Shown: one piece after another, positions 51,925 through 64,000 of the stretch
Numbering within the stretch: position 1 is the first letter of the stretch
Layout of the letters: each line of letters starts with the position of its first letter
Assembly (NCBI GenBank): GCA_028023455.1
Contig: JAQFVV010000003.1
Span: forward strand, 13,826,001-13,890,000
Length of the DNA stretch: 64,000 nt
Source: Epiperipatus broadwayi
Taxonomy: Eukaryota > Animalia > Onychophora
Direction of reading: 5' to 3'
Notes under the pieces: generated by a model
The model's database searches: none
Told to the model about the DNA's origin: nothing
What the model saw: the letters and a program-made list of their open reading frames with translations, nothing else
Position numbers and translations under genes: made by a program

Positions 51925-54900
51925 TATATAGCCAGGGTATTATTGACAATATCAACCAGGTAAACATTGGTAGACTTTATTACCAGAAAACTCTACACAC
52001 ACAGTAAACTTAACAACAGAAGTTTATATATATGTATAAAGATGCAATTAAATACTTTATAATCTTCTTATAAGTCCATATTACTGTTCTTAAGATGTGA
52101 TTACTTCTTCACATTCACATGCTTGTACATTATCAGTTCTTGTGCATATTTTTTTTTTCAATTCTAAACTTAGACATGAGTTCACTCATATATGTCACAT
52201 GCATGGGGATAGATTTTTGCAGTTTATATATCAGTTCATATTCTGCATAAATTTAAATATATATTAGCATATACCACTGCATATTTTGCATATGTAAATT
52301 TTCTAGAATATTTAAAGCATGTCAGGGGAAATTTATTTATTTTATATTTGACTATAGTTACAATAAATATTTTAACTTGAATTATATAACTGTAAATTTT
52401 ACTTATATATGTGGACACACAGTGCTATTACATTCAACAATACACTCTCCTCCCTTAACTAGACCATTTAATCACAAATATAATCATATAATCTGGATGG
52501 TCTTCAATGGTCACTTATAGATTGCAGTGGGGGTACAGGTCTTTCTTATTCCCGTCTTATATTCTCTCTTCTTGATTAGATTATTTTGAGGATTGCAAAT
52601 CCACCTCTGGTACAGTTGCAAGATCATCTGACTGATTACTGCTTCCAAATAAATTGGTTTCATCTTTTGCATATTATTAGAAGTTCTTCATCTAGCGCTA
52701 TTGATGCAGCGTCAGTGCACTTTCACCTTTTACTGGAGTAATTTCTTCCACTAATATAAGAGAATAATCTGTCCTTAACTGGATATAATAGCTCATTCTG
52801 GCAGCTTCTTAAATGATTTATATGCCTTTTTATTTCCTTGCTATTGCACAAATGTATTAACTTCAATTGTTTTGTTAAAACTTTCACTATAACTCCAGGA
52901 AGCCACTTTTTTCTCAGAACTTCTTGTATCCAAATTGTATCTCTAATTTAAACATTTTCTCATTTGAATAAGTTGTTTTTTGTCACATTGTTGCTCCGTA
53001 TCAATACTGAAATGTATGTATAAAATTTTTGCCTCATTAACATTTAAGCTGGAGTTTTTCTTGTAGATATGAACAGTACAAAGAGCTGGTAGAAAATGGC
53101 AGATGTTAACGCTTTGTTGACATTCTTATAATTGGTTTTATTTGCATTAAGCCAAGCCACTTGATTAAGGGTGATATGGAGGTGTTAGTACTTGACATAT
53201 TCCCTTATTAGCCAAAAAGTCTTGAAAGTGTTGTGACACAAAACTGACCTTATTTATTTAGAAATATAGTTTAAGGATATTCATAACTTGCAAATATCTC
53301 GTTCAAAACTTTAATGGTATACTATGCATTTATGTTTTTCACAACTCTGTATTCAGTCTAATAAGAATACAGGTTGATCACAATCAGGAAAATATAACCA
53401 TTAAATAATCCTGCATGATCTATTTGTAATCTCTGCCAAAGATGAGTGTCTTATAGATAAGATACCAATGTTTTAATGGTAATATGGATAGGCTAACTCT
53501 CATCTGCACAAATCCCGGTTGTCTTTTGCTTAACAATTCTAACACTTGTTTTCTGTCTTCAATTGGTATTAATATGCAATCTGTCATTAGAATACAAGGG
53601 TTCCATATTGACAGGCTTTTGCGTACATTCTATATAGGTTCAACTATGAATTTAGTTTGCCTTTCAGGCCATCCATATTGAATCCATTTCTTTAATATTT
53701 GATAGCCGTAATCATTTTTAATCCATTTTGCTTCTCGGTATTATTTAGCACATTAGATGCCATAAAATTTATGTAGTTTATGCCCATGATCTTAGACTCA
53801 AACTCACATGCATCAGGTAATCTTGACAGTGTATCTACATGATCAATTTCTTTACCCAGTTTATACATGATGTATGTTAATTCATCGGATCATTCTTTGA
53901 CAAGCATGCTTATGAGACTTCAGGTTTCCTAAAATACCAAATAGAGATTGGTGGCCTGTATGCAATTTAAACTCACATCAATAAATGTATTGATGAATTT
54001 TTTTTACAGCACAATTGCCAAAGCCTCTTAAACAGCTGAATGTAGTTCTTTTCTGCTGCTAACAATGTTCTTGAAGCAAAAGCTGTCGGACGTTCATCTC
54101 CAAAATAATGATTTGATATAAGAGCCTCAATCTATAATCAAAAGCATCAATTGCAATTATCATTTCTTGATCATTGCAGTAGTGGATGATGATTGACTAG
54201 AAGTTAATAAATCCTTAGCTTTCTTGAATGCTCTGATATGCTTTTCATTCCACTTCCATCACTGTCCTTGTCTTAACAATTTATACAATGGTGTCATAAT
54301 AAGAGATTTACTATTCAGAAAATTTTTGAAAAAATTTAATAAGCCTAAAAACACGTGCAGATCTTTAACGTTTTTTAGTTTTGTAGTGCTCTTAATAACT
54401 TTAACCTTATCTGTGTTCAGATATTTTCCTTTATGATTTATTATATACTCAAAATTTTAATTTCAATGGTTTTCCATATGCACTTATAAGTATTTATCCT
54501 TATACTCATGTTTTCTAATTTAGCATAAACTTAAATATGGCTGTTAATAATTTGCACTCTGTTTCAGCAATAACTAAAATGTCATCAAAGTAAGGATTTA
54601 TCCATCTCCACCTTGCTTGAACCATGTTTGGTGTTATTGTTATCCCATATGACATTTTATTGCATTTAAATATCATCCTAAATCAGTGTTGATGGACAAA
54701 AATTTAGCTGTTGTTGTTGTTGTCACAGGAATTTAGTAAAATGTGGATGTTAAATCAATTTTAGCAAAGTAAGTTGCATTTTGCAAGGATGCTTATATTC
54801 GTGAACACTGGAAGTAGGATGTTTCTTTATTGATGTATTTGTTCAGTGTTTCACAGTAATGCATAGTCAAAGGGTTCCCATTTGGCTTTAGTATTACCAT

Positions 54901-56934
54901 AATTGGTGTCACCCATAAACAATTCTTCTACTGGTGATAGAATGCCCCTTTTAACAAAATTGTGAATTGTTGCTTTCATTTTTGACTTTCATACAACAGA
55001 AACCTTCTATAGTCTACATGCCATAAGCTGTGCATCTTTCAGTAGTACAATGTCAACCGGTCATGTATTTAATTCTGATAAGTCCAAAACTGGATAACTG
55101 GGGATACTTTTTTCTAACCTCTATTCCAATTGCACTATTTTTATTATGCTGATACGGATCATTAAAGGTTTGAACCAATCTCTAACCAATACAATATCGG
55201 GCTAAAATCTCTTTTCACTATATAGAGGTAGAAATTGTCTCTCAATTAATTTTAACAGGTACAGTTGCAACGCTGCATATTTCTATCTTACTGCTATTGA
55301 TGTTAGTTCCTACAGTTTTCTCTAACATTACATTCTCTTTTTAATAATTTTTATCTAATCATCTAGTGACATATCCTGCACTGCTGTCTATTTCCATAGT
55401 AATTTTTTTTCCTCCAAGATATGAACATTCAAAAAAATACGATTATACCTATGTCATTCATCTTTTTAATACCAGTTCCACTTTAATTTGTACTTCCTCT
55501 CAATTTATAATCTATTCTTATTCAATTTTTCTCTTTGTTACAACAAATTTGTGATAAGTGTTGTATTATTCTACAAGCATAAATTTTCATTCTTAAATTT
55601 GCAGTTTTTCTTCAAATAGCCTTTCCTACCACAGCTTTAGCATAAACAGGTTTTATTGATGCTTCTGCAGTTTGAACTCTTAACTTCCACTTTATTTACA
55701 AACATTAGGTTTTTTTTGTGTCTGTATTATTTTGGAATTCTGCAGCATTTTTCAATATTATTTCAAAGACTATATATTTGTCCTGTTGCATGATTATACA
55801 TTAAATCTGGCTCACCAAATAGAACTTGTCTGATTGTACTGTCCTTCATTCCCTACAGTAGTTAGTCAAGAAGCACATCATCCAGCTCAGCAGTGAAGTT
55901 GTATTTTTCAGCTAATGTTCTAGCACCCACATCATAGTCTTCAATTTTCTTCAATGATGTTTGTCTTCAGTTCCTAAATCTGAGGCATGCCAACAGTTTT
56001 GACATCCTTCTCAACTTCCTTTATTTCATGAAACAGTATTTCCTTGAAAGATTTCTGATCACAGAGTTGGCTTCCTATTTGCAAAACTTCTTTTCTGGAT
56101 AACCACATTACTGTTGCTACTTTTATTTTATCATCAACTATGTTGTTGATAAACATGTATCTTTCTACATGTTACGTGTATATTTGCCAACCCATTGAGT
56201 TATTAATATCAAATTTGTTAAACATGTTAATTTTTCCCAATTTTACTTTAAATATTGAACTGTGCCAGTGTACTTCTTTACTGGTCATTGAACTGTCAAC
56301 TGTATCAAACAACTATTTTATAGATTCTTGAACTATCGATTGCATCAATCTGCTATGTATCCGGGGGTATTATTGACAACACCAACCGGATAAACATAAA
56401 GTAAACTTTATTATTAGAAAACTCTATATATGAAGTAAATTTAACAACAGAAGTTATTAATTCGAAGCAAAACAAATACATATGTATAAATACGAAATTA
56501 AATACATTCATAATCTTCTTAGAAATTACATTATTGTTTATAAATCCAAATTACTTTTCTTAAGGTGTGATTCCTTTACGAGCTCATACATTATCAGTAC
56601 TTGTATGTGTTTCTTTTCCATTCTAAACATAGATATGGGCTCACTCACATGTATGACATTTACATAAGGGTAGATTTACATAAGGGTAGTTCCACATTCC
56701 GCATAAATCTAAATACATTAGCATATATTGATTTTAGAATAATTCCAGTACATATTTTGCATATGTAAATTTTCTAAAGTGTTTGCTATTAGGGGGAATT
56801 TATTCATTACCTATCTGACTATAGTTATAACAAATATTTTAAAAATAAATAATCTTATATTTTTAAATAGCTATAGTTATATAACCATAAATTTTACACA
56901 TATATGTGCACATATAGTGCTATTATGTTATAGA
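51925..56934 (-). mobile_element. Full-structure degenerate Gypsy LTR retrotransposon
   Basis: LTRs at ~51925-52444 and 56356-~56934; PPT at 52445-52456. Minus-strand gag knuckles (SCGRKGYLKKNCKFKN), protease MEIDSSA, RT YFDDILV, RNase H ERPTAFASRTL..AEKNY and integrase WQRLQIDHAG, in Gypsy order. Confidence 0.9.
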
Positions 56935-58935
56935 GTTCATTAATTTGGGATCATGGAGATACAAGAATATAATGGCAAAGAGAAACAAGTCATATCAAAC
57001 AATCACTGATGATGATTATATATTACTTGATTCTTAATAATAGATAGAAAGTATTTATTTATTTAATGTGTTGATGCATAGTATATCTTTCAGAGTTCAA
57101 AATATAATTAGTTTCCATCATGTCTTTACTGTATTTTAAGATGTTAAAAATATCCAAGCTAATGAGTTGATTTAAAAAAAAAAAAATACAGTTTAAAAAT
57201 AATTAACAGTGACAATAAGAAACTTACTAATAATTCTACTTGCCTTGGGATAAATATCATACATGTAACCCATATTATAGATTCTAGCTATGGGAATATT
57301 CTTGATGTTGGAAGTTTCTCGTGCCTATATTAACATCTGCTAATCTTTATACCGAAATGTTTAAAGAAAGCTATCATTACTGTCTTTACCACATAAAAAA
57401 TGGAGTATCCAATATTATAAGAATGGGAAGAAAATTAAAAAAGAAACATTTGCAATTGTGAATAGTTTTTGGAGTTATGATGGTTCAGAGATTAAAATGC
57501 TTATAAAACAAGAGCTGTTATCTGAAATATGATTATGTTGGATATGTCATATATTATTAGAACATATAAATTTAAAGTATTTAAGAAAAAAATTATGAAT
57601 TTGAAGAATTAAAAATAAATAAATTAATATACTGAATAATGTTATGTTTTAAATGTTCGTGCAGACCTCTAACACAGTATGATGTTATTGTAGAAGTTTA
57701 CAACAGAATAGGAGTGTGTAAAGATCAGTGACTTTAAGTCCCCAAAATTATATCATTGATATATAAAGCATAATTCCATGAGTATGCTTGCTGCAATAAA
57801 GTCAGGTTTGTATTTTAATTGTGTGAAAATTATATTAGATATTATCAGTTTAGGGTCTTCACATCCATAAAAATGGATATTTTATTAGAAAGTTCCAAAT
57901 GATCTATTCTATTCATTTGATATTGTTTATACTATTCAACTTTCTTTACCATTAACATTCTTATCATTAAAATGAGTACACCTTTAATACAAAATTATAG
58001 TCCTCAAAGAAATTCATTTTGGTAACAAGAAAAAGCAAATATTTACATTTTTAAAAATAGAGATTGTGATCAATATGACCAAAATAAAGAATTGATTTTC
58101 CAGTTGTCCATGGTATTTATTAAAGTCTTCATAACTCAAACACAATGCTATTTTTTCATAACTGGACAAAAAATGTAAAAAAGATATGCTATTAAACTGT
58201 GAAATAATCAAGAGCACATTATTAAAAATTATTGGTATCTTTGACATTTACAATGGACAAAGTGTGACGGGAATTCCCAAGTATAACAATGGTCTATTTG
58301 ATATGAAACCAAGTAACATCTTTAGTGCAATAGTGTTCCATATTGTAGAAAATTTGAGGATGTTGATGAATATACAGACCATGAACAATGTTTAAACTCA
58401 GTTCAAAAAAAGAATGTAAGAAAAATCAATTCCACAATGATAAATCCTGGTCATATCTAACTGTAAATATATAAAATCTAAAAATTATGCTTCCCTTCTG
58501 AAAAGTCTTCAAGATTACATACACAATATAAATTTAAAAAAAGCCATCATGATGCAAGTTTAGTGCATCTTCTAGTCATACACAGTAGGATTGAATTTAG
58601 GTAAAACTCATACAATTTTTTTCATAAAATGGAGGATTTCAATAAAGATTAAGATATTTTTTAGATGTTGGTTCAGATCTACTCAGCTAATCAAACATTT
58701 ACTTTTTGAGAAACAGGCATCTATCTATTTTTATCTAGAGACTAAATGAAAGAAGAAAAATATAAAAAGTCCTCACTAACCAGCTTTGACAAGCTAGCGA
58801 AAAATGTTATGTACTCACACTTCCTCAATATGAAACCCTCAAGAAACTTTTGATTTATAAAAGTACCATACAATACTAAATCATCCATGTACTTTACTAC
58901 TGTTACCCAATGCTTTATTTACCACCCTCTTTTAC

Positions 58936-58976
58936 AGTTTATAGTTTCGATCACCCCAGCAATCTTCTTCAGAACT
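58936..58976 (-). ncRNA. Isolated type I hammerhead motif (family D), one base short in stem III
   Basis: Minus strand reads AGTT-CTGAAGA-A-GATTGC-TGGG-GTGATC-GAAAC-TATA-AACT. Stem I has 4 bp and stem II 6 bp. Confidence 0.55.
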
Positions 58977-59994
58977 TTATATCTCCTAACCTCAACTGCT
59001 AAATTCAAAATTTAAAAATTTTCAAAAATTTTTAAATTTTGATTTACAAAAGTGTTTTTATATAAATATTACTAAAAAATAGCTAAAAGTCAATAATTAT
59101 AATAAAATTATATAGTCTAAACAATTCTAACTTTTGTTTTTAAAGTAAGAATCTAGACAAGTAAAAAAAAAAAATAGTGATGGGTCTGATTAGAAACATT
59201 ATACATTATATGATTATAAGAAATATAAAAATATCATACAGTCATAGTTAAAATGTAGAGAGAAAGCAAGCTAGCATAGCAAATATAAAGAATGTATGAA
59301 AGTAGAATGTCAAGATAGTCAATGAAGTGGACATCAGATGTATATCTGAAAAAAAAAAAATGAAGAAATTAATAAATGGGAGAATTTAAAAAGGCTATTC
59401 TATTAATTGAAGCTACTTATAAGAGAAGTTTAAAAAAATGCAAAAATAGACAATTAGGTATTGAAAAATATCAAAAAGTTCTCATCAAAATGACTTGGTT
59501 GTAATTTATAAATTTTTATCGTTTTTGAAGATATTTTTTTTGTGTTTTTGTGACTTTTCATTATTATATCCAAAGAATCAAAAACTGTTTATAACTTCCA
59601 CCAACAATTTATATCATTAATAAGAGTTATCTATTGATTAATGAACAACAGAATTCTAAATAATTTTTGAATAAGGAATGTGGTGAACGGGAGGGGGGAT
59701 GAGGAAAATAATCTTAATATGGTCAATGAAATAAAACTTTTAAAGTCTGCTACTTCAGTGCTTCAACATCATCGGAGATCATAAGCAATTGACTATGCAA
59801 TAAAAAAATAATATTTAACTAACTTAATATAACAAAATTTCAGCTACATCATTATAGTAGATGTATAATTTTTTTTATTTGATAAAACCTTTTTTTTTTT
59901 GGCTTGACTGGATAAAATCATCTTAAAATGAAAATGACATTAATTTTATTTTAAAAAACAGAATATTAATTTTTAGAATATAAATGGCACCTAC

Positions 59995-60110
59995 CTTGAT
60001 AATATTGTAAAAGTCTGTGTGTTCTTAAATCCCAAATTTTTACAATTCCATCTGAACCAGCAGCAGCTAAACTTGTACCAGTTGGATGAAATTCTAAGTA
60101 ATGAAAAAAT
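59995..60110 (-). CDS. POC1: Internal exon of centriolar WD40 protein POC1 (POC1A/B-like)
   Basis: Poly-T-AG acceptor and GTAGGT donor bound a 116-bp exon encoding (G)[38 protein letters not shown]. This closely resembles, from memory, POC1 [39 protein letters not shown]. Confidence 0.88.
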
Positions 60111-62303
60111 CTAAAAAAAAAAAAATTAAATGAAAATTACATTTTTTATAAGAGTGAAATTATACCTAGCAAAATAATATTAATAAAATAAACAAAAATA
60201 TAAGAATTACTTATTGCTTGTGTATTTAATTGCTACATATATCTATGCTGAAAGGTTATTGTAAGGTGATTTTTAAATTGAAAATAAAATAATTTCCATA
60301 TTTTTTGATTGAATCTATCACTGAGGATTGCATTTGTTGAATAGTACAGTTTCAAATACTTAGCATTACAGGATAAAATAGGAGAGTTGTGTATGCTATA
60401 AAAGTAATGTTGTGAAATTACAATATAGCAATAGCTAAAATATTTTTCCTAATTAGACATACATTTTTCCCTCTCATTGTTATTAAAAAAACATCAGAAA
60501 AAAAAAACAATATTATCAGTTTATAAAATCATGAGAGCAAGATATTATTCAATCAGTGTCATTAAATGATATATAAGAGAGAATATTGAGCTGACAACAA
60601 AAAATTAAAACTAGATTTTTATTAATAAAATATTTAATAGAATACAATTAATAACAATTAATATAACAATATATATATACACATACAAAATATGACAATT
60701 CATACATGCAAAAAGTTTAATTAGGAAATTCTAAATCAGTATGCAAAAGGAAAACATCTATATTTAATATATAAAATTAACAAAGAGAAAATTATTAAAA
60801 ATATAAATTATGATAAATACATTATGACTATAGTGAACTTCACTGAAAGTGCACTCAGTTTTGAGTTATAAAGAATAAAACCACTTACACAGACAAATAA
60901 AGGTTTGCAAATTTGAATTATATAAATAAAATAGAGCACTTTTCTTAGCCAAGCTTTTGCATACAAATCACTCTGTATATACGGCTTAAAATTTAAAGTT
61001 TAATAAAAACTTTTCCTAGCATAAGAATTTTCTAGCAGTGTATTACAATATGATTAACATTTAATTAAGTCCTTGATGATTTAATTTCATGGATTCTTTT
61101 ATAATATTTATAGACATGAGTAATTCATTCTACTTAAATAGCAAGCAATATATTACGATGATCATTATCAACAAGTAAATAGTGATATAGCTCAATCTCA
61201 ACTGTTAATTATTAATCAATAGATGAATACTTTCTACTTTTACATCAAAACACTTGTCCCCAGACAGAAAATCCATTCAGAAACATATATCTTCAAAGCT
61301 ACTGCTATATATTCATTATTATTTAACTTCATTGCACTTTAATTAACATAACTTTATACTATTTTACAAATATATTAATAAAACTTTATATTAAAAACCT
61401 TCAATCATTCAACATAATGTTTATTATTTAACTCCATTTTTTTTTTGTTAACTGAGTGATATAAATAAGCATTAAAACAAATAAATACTTTCTTAATTAT
61501 TTAAATATCACATTTCTATACTTATCAACATAATATCATTTCATTTATATAAATCTCATAATTATATTTTATAATCAATCTCTACCATCAGAATGAATAC
61601 ACATTCAAACACATATGTATAGATATATAGTTCATGCCTTAATGTGTAAATACAAAACAAACTATCAATCATTAAATATTAAACATCTCGTCATGTTATT
61701 AACACCAAGATTGCCTTCAAATTATTTTAAATAATATTCAATTAAGATTCACCATATCAATATAATCTTCATTTTTAGACATCAGTTTGCACAGGATTTC
61801 TTCACACACACACATTTATTCAACTGTTGTTTGTATAACGCTCAATTTGAAAATAATAGCTACGTGAAGTTTTCTTTTCTTTTAAAACCTTAAATCATTT
61901 CTTTATAATTTTTGACATCAAATATCCAGCATTTTAAATGATAATTTTAAAATGATAAAAGTTTTTACTTTTTTACACATATGTTCAAACTAGGCAATTT
62001 ATTAGGCAAGGCTAACCTTTTTTTTTTTTCATTAGTTAAGTGTGCTTAAACATGCTTTACATAAAAGAAATAATATAAAACAACCATATACATAAAAAAC
62101 AAAACAAAAGTTAATATCACGATGAAATATAATTTTAACACTGAACAATATTTATCATAATTGATGTTCAATAAATATATGAGAGGAAACTTTTCTGAAA
62201 CTATATATGTATAAAATAAGAAAAACAAATCGTTTCTTAAAATATAAAACTTCTTAGGAAATATAATTTAAAACTAACAATATTGCTTTAAAAATATATA
62301 TAT

Positions 62304-63191
62304 TGTAACGGTTATATTTGTACATTCACGCAACAAAATTCAGAGTTTCAGCAAATTATCCCAAAACTGATCTAGATGAGGAGTGGAGACCTCGAATCAG
62401 ACTACATTTCAGTTCCTTCACGAACACTCTGTGATTTACTACCCTATGGATGACAGATATGAGATTACAATCGGCCTCTTTTAGTTCGCGTGCCGGTAGC
62501 AGCAAAGGATGAAGTATGAGACTCAGGGAATAATGACCAAATTAATAATTAACTAACTAAACACATACACATATGGCTGACTAGATAATGCATATATTAA
62601 TAATTAACAATAAATTAAAATAGATTTGGATAAGATTTAGGATGAGTTGCGAATAATACACTAAGCATTTTATAAGTTTTAAGATATTTAATTATTAAAT
62701 CATAAGTTAATTAATACAAATGGAAGTGCTTTGGGATTTACACTGACAGGTGTTTTACAATGATGAGAGAGTTAGATACAAGATCTCATCTTTAGAATGC
62801 ATTTTAAATCATTTAATTTTAAGTTTATTACAATTATTATTATCTACGGTTTATACTCATGCATGAATTATGCTATGCCATTCCTACGAGGTTTGTTAAG
62901 AATTAAGTTTATAAGAATGATAATGATAAAATATAACTAAATTTATTAATAATACATAATGAGCAATAAAGATACTCCCTATGCAGATTGTTTTATATAA
63001 ATTAGATCGAATATTCAGATCAATGCTGAACTGAATAATAATATGGAGAGACAAACTGATGTTTTGCAGTGTAGTTTCAGAGACTACGGCACTACATAAA
63101 TTAAATAAGGGTTGCAGCCCGAATGTGCAATTACTCATGGGATTCAGTAGCAAGTACTCGGTTCCTGTGGACCGTACGACTTGCTATTACA
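62304..63191. mobile_element. CpG-richer insertion, possible solo LTR
   Basis: Starts TGTAAC and ends ATTACA (TG...CA, short inverted ends); more CpG than the flanks. No convincing TSD. Confidence 0.25.
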
Positions 63192-64000
63192 AAATACAAA
63201 GACCATTTAGTTCTGGTGATCAGAGCAGCTTAAAATATGGTTCTGGACCCTCATGTTCCAGTTCTAGAAAAAGAACTGTCCGAACTAATCATAATGGGAT
63301 GGCATTAAATCATAAGCCCATTTTAATAAGAATATATATATATATATAGCAAGGTGTATAGCATGTGTGTGCTTTATAAAGACATATTCACAATGCTTTC
63401 CAAAATATCAAATATTATATTAAACTAAAGCACTAACTCTATAGTTTAAATCTGCAAAATTACCATATGCCAGTTCGTGAATTAGCATATGTAAAATATG
63501 GTAAAAAGGGGATTAATTAAAGTGATCTAGTTTACAGATTAAATCCGAATAGTTTATACCATAAACTAAGGAGGAAAAAATATATTTGGGACTTAACTAA
63601 TTATTTATAGTATGCTTTATAATATTACTCTTGTATTAACTAACTGGATATAATTTACTAACATGCAAACCTTAATTATGGTAAGCTAAAACATAGTAGC
63701 TTAACTAAATATATATATATATAATAGGTATCAAGATGGAGATTTATGTTTGCTAAAGAAGCAATATAAACCATTTACAAGAGAGCTTCTAATCGTCTCT
63801 CCAAATTATTAATATTAATAATCTCCGTTTTGAATCATGGCATATCATAAAATCACTACAATAACAAATAATATAAAAGAGAATAGGTATGACCACAGAT
63901 TAGGACAGTATAGATATAATAACTGCTTACAGTTATTATGTTAGAAAAATTATTGAATTAGAATTTCATTTAACATAGGCAAGATTCTTACAATTATTAT

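Noticed and set aside
59200-59350. Strong minus-strand acceptor (poly-T-CAG) as candidate next POC1 exon
   Set aside because: In-phase translation (DIHLMSTSLTILTFYFHTFF...) does not resemble the expected POC1 WD repeat and hits a stop.

Overview
Strongly AT-rich metazoan (probably invertebrate) genomic DNA, almost entirely repeats. The only host-gene piece I can support is one 116-bp minus-strand exon of a POC1 centriolar WD40 gene (59995-60110). The rest is decayed transposons: Penelope-like elements (PLEs), two Gypsy LTR elements, a full-length mariner, a Merlin/IS1595-like transposase, RTE and I-group LINE fragments, MITEs, a retroposed tRNA-Gly copy and several tandem duplications. The main signal is a cluster of type I hammerhead ribozyme (HHR) motifs from about five unrelated repeat families. 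Family A has a ~450-nt monomer at three loci and family B a ~370-nt monomer; both form tandem, retrozyme-like arrays. Further HHR-like motifs sit in the terminal repeats of two different PLEs, and a lone copy lies ~1 kb from the POC1 exon. Several share non-canonical cores and palindromic stem III. All structures were folded by eye, and no activity is demonstrated.
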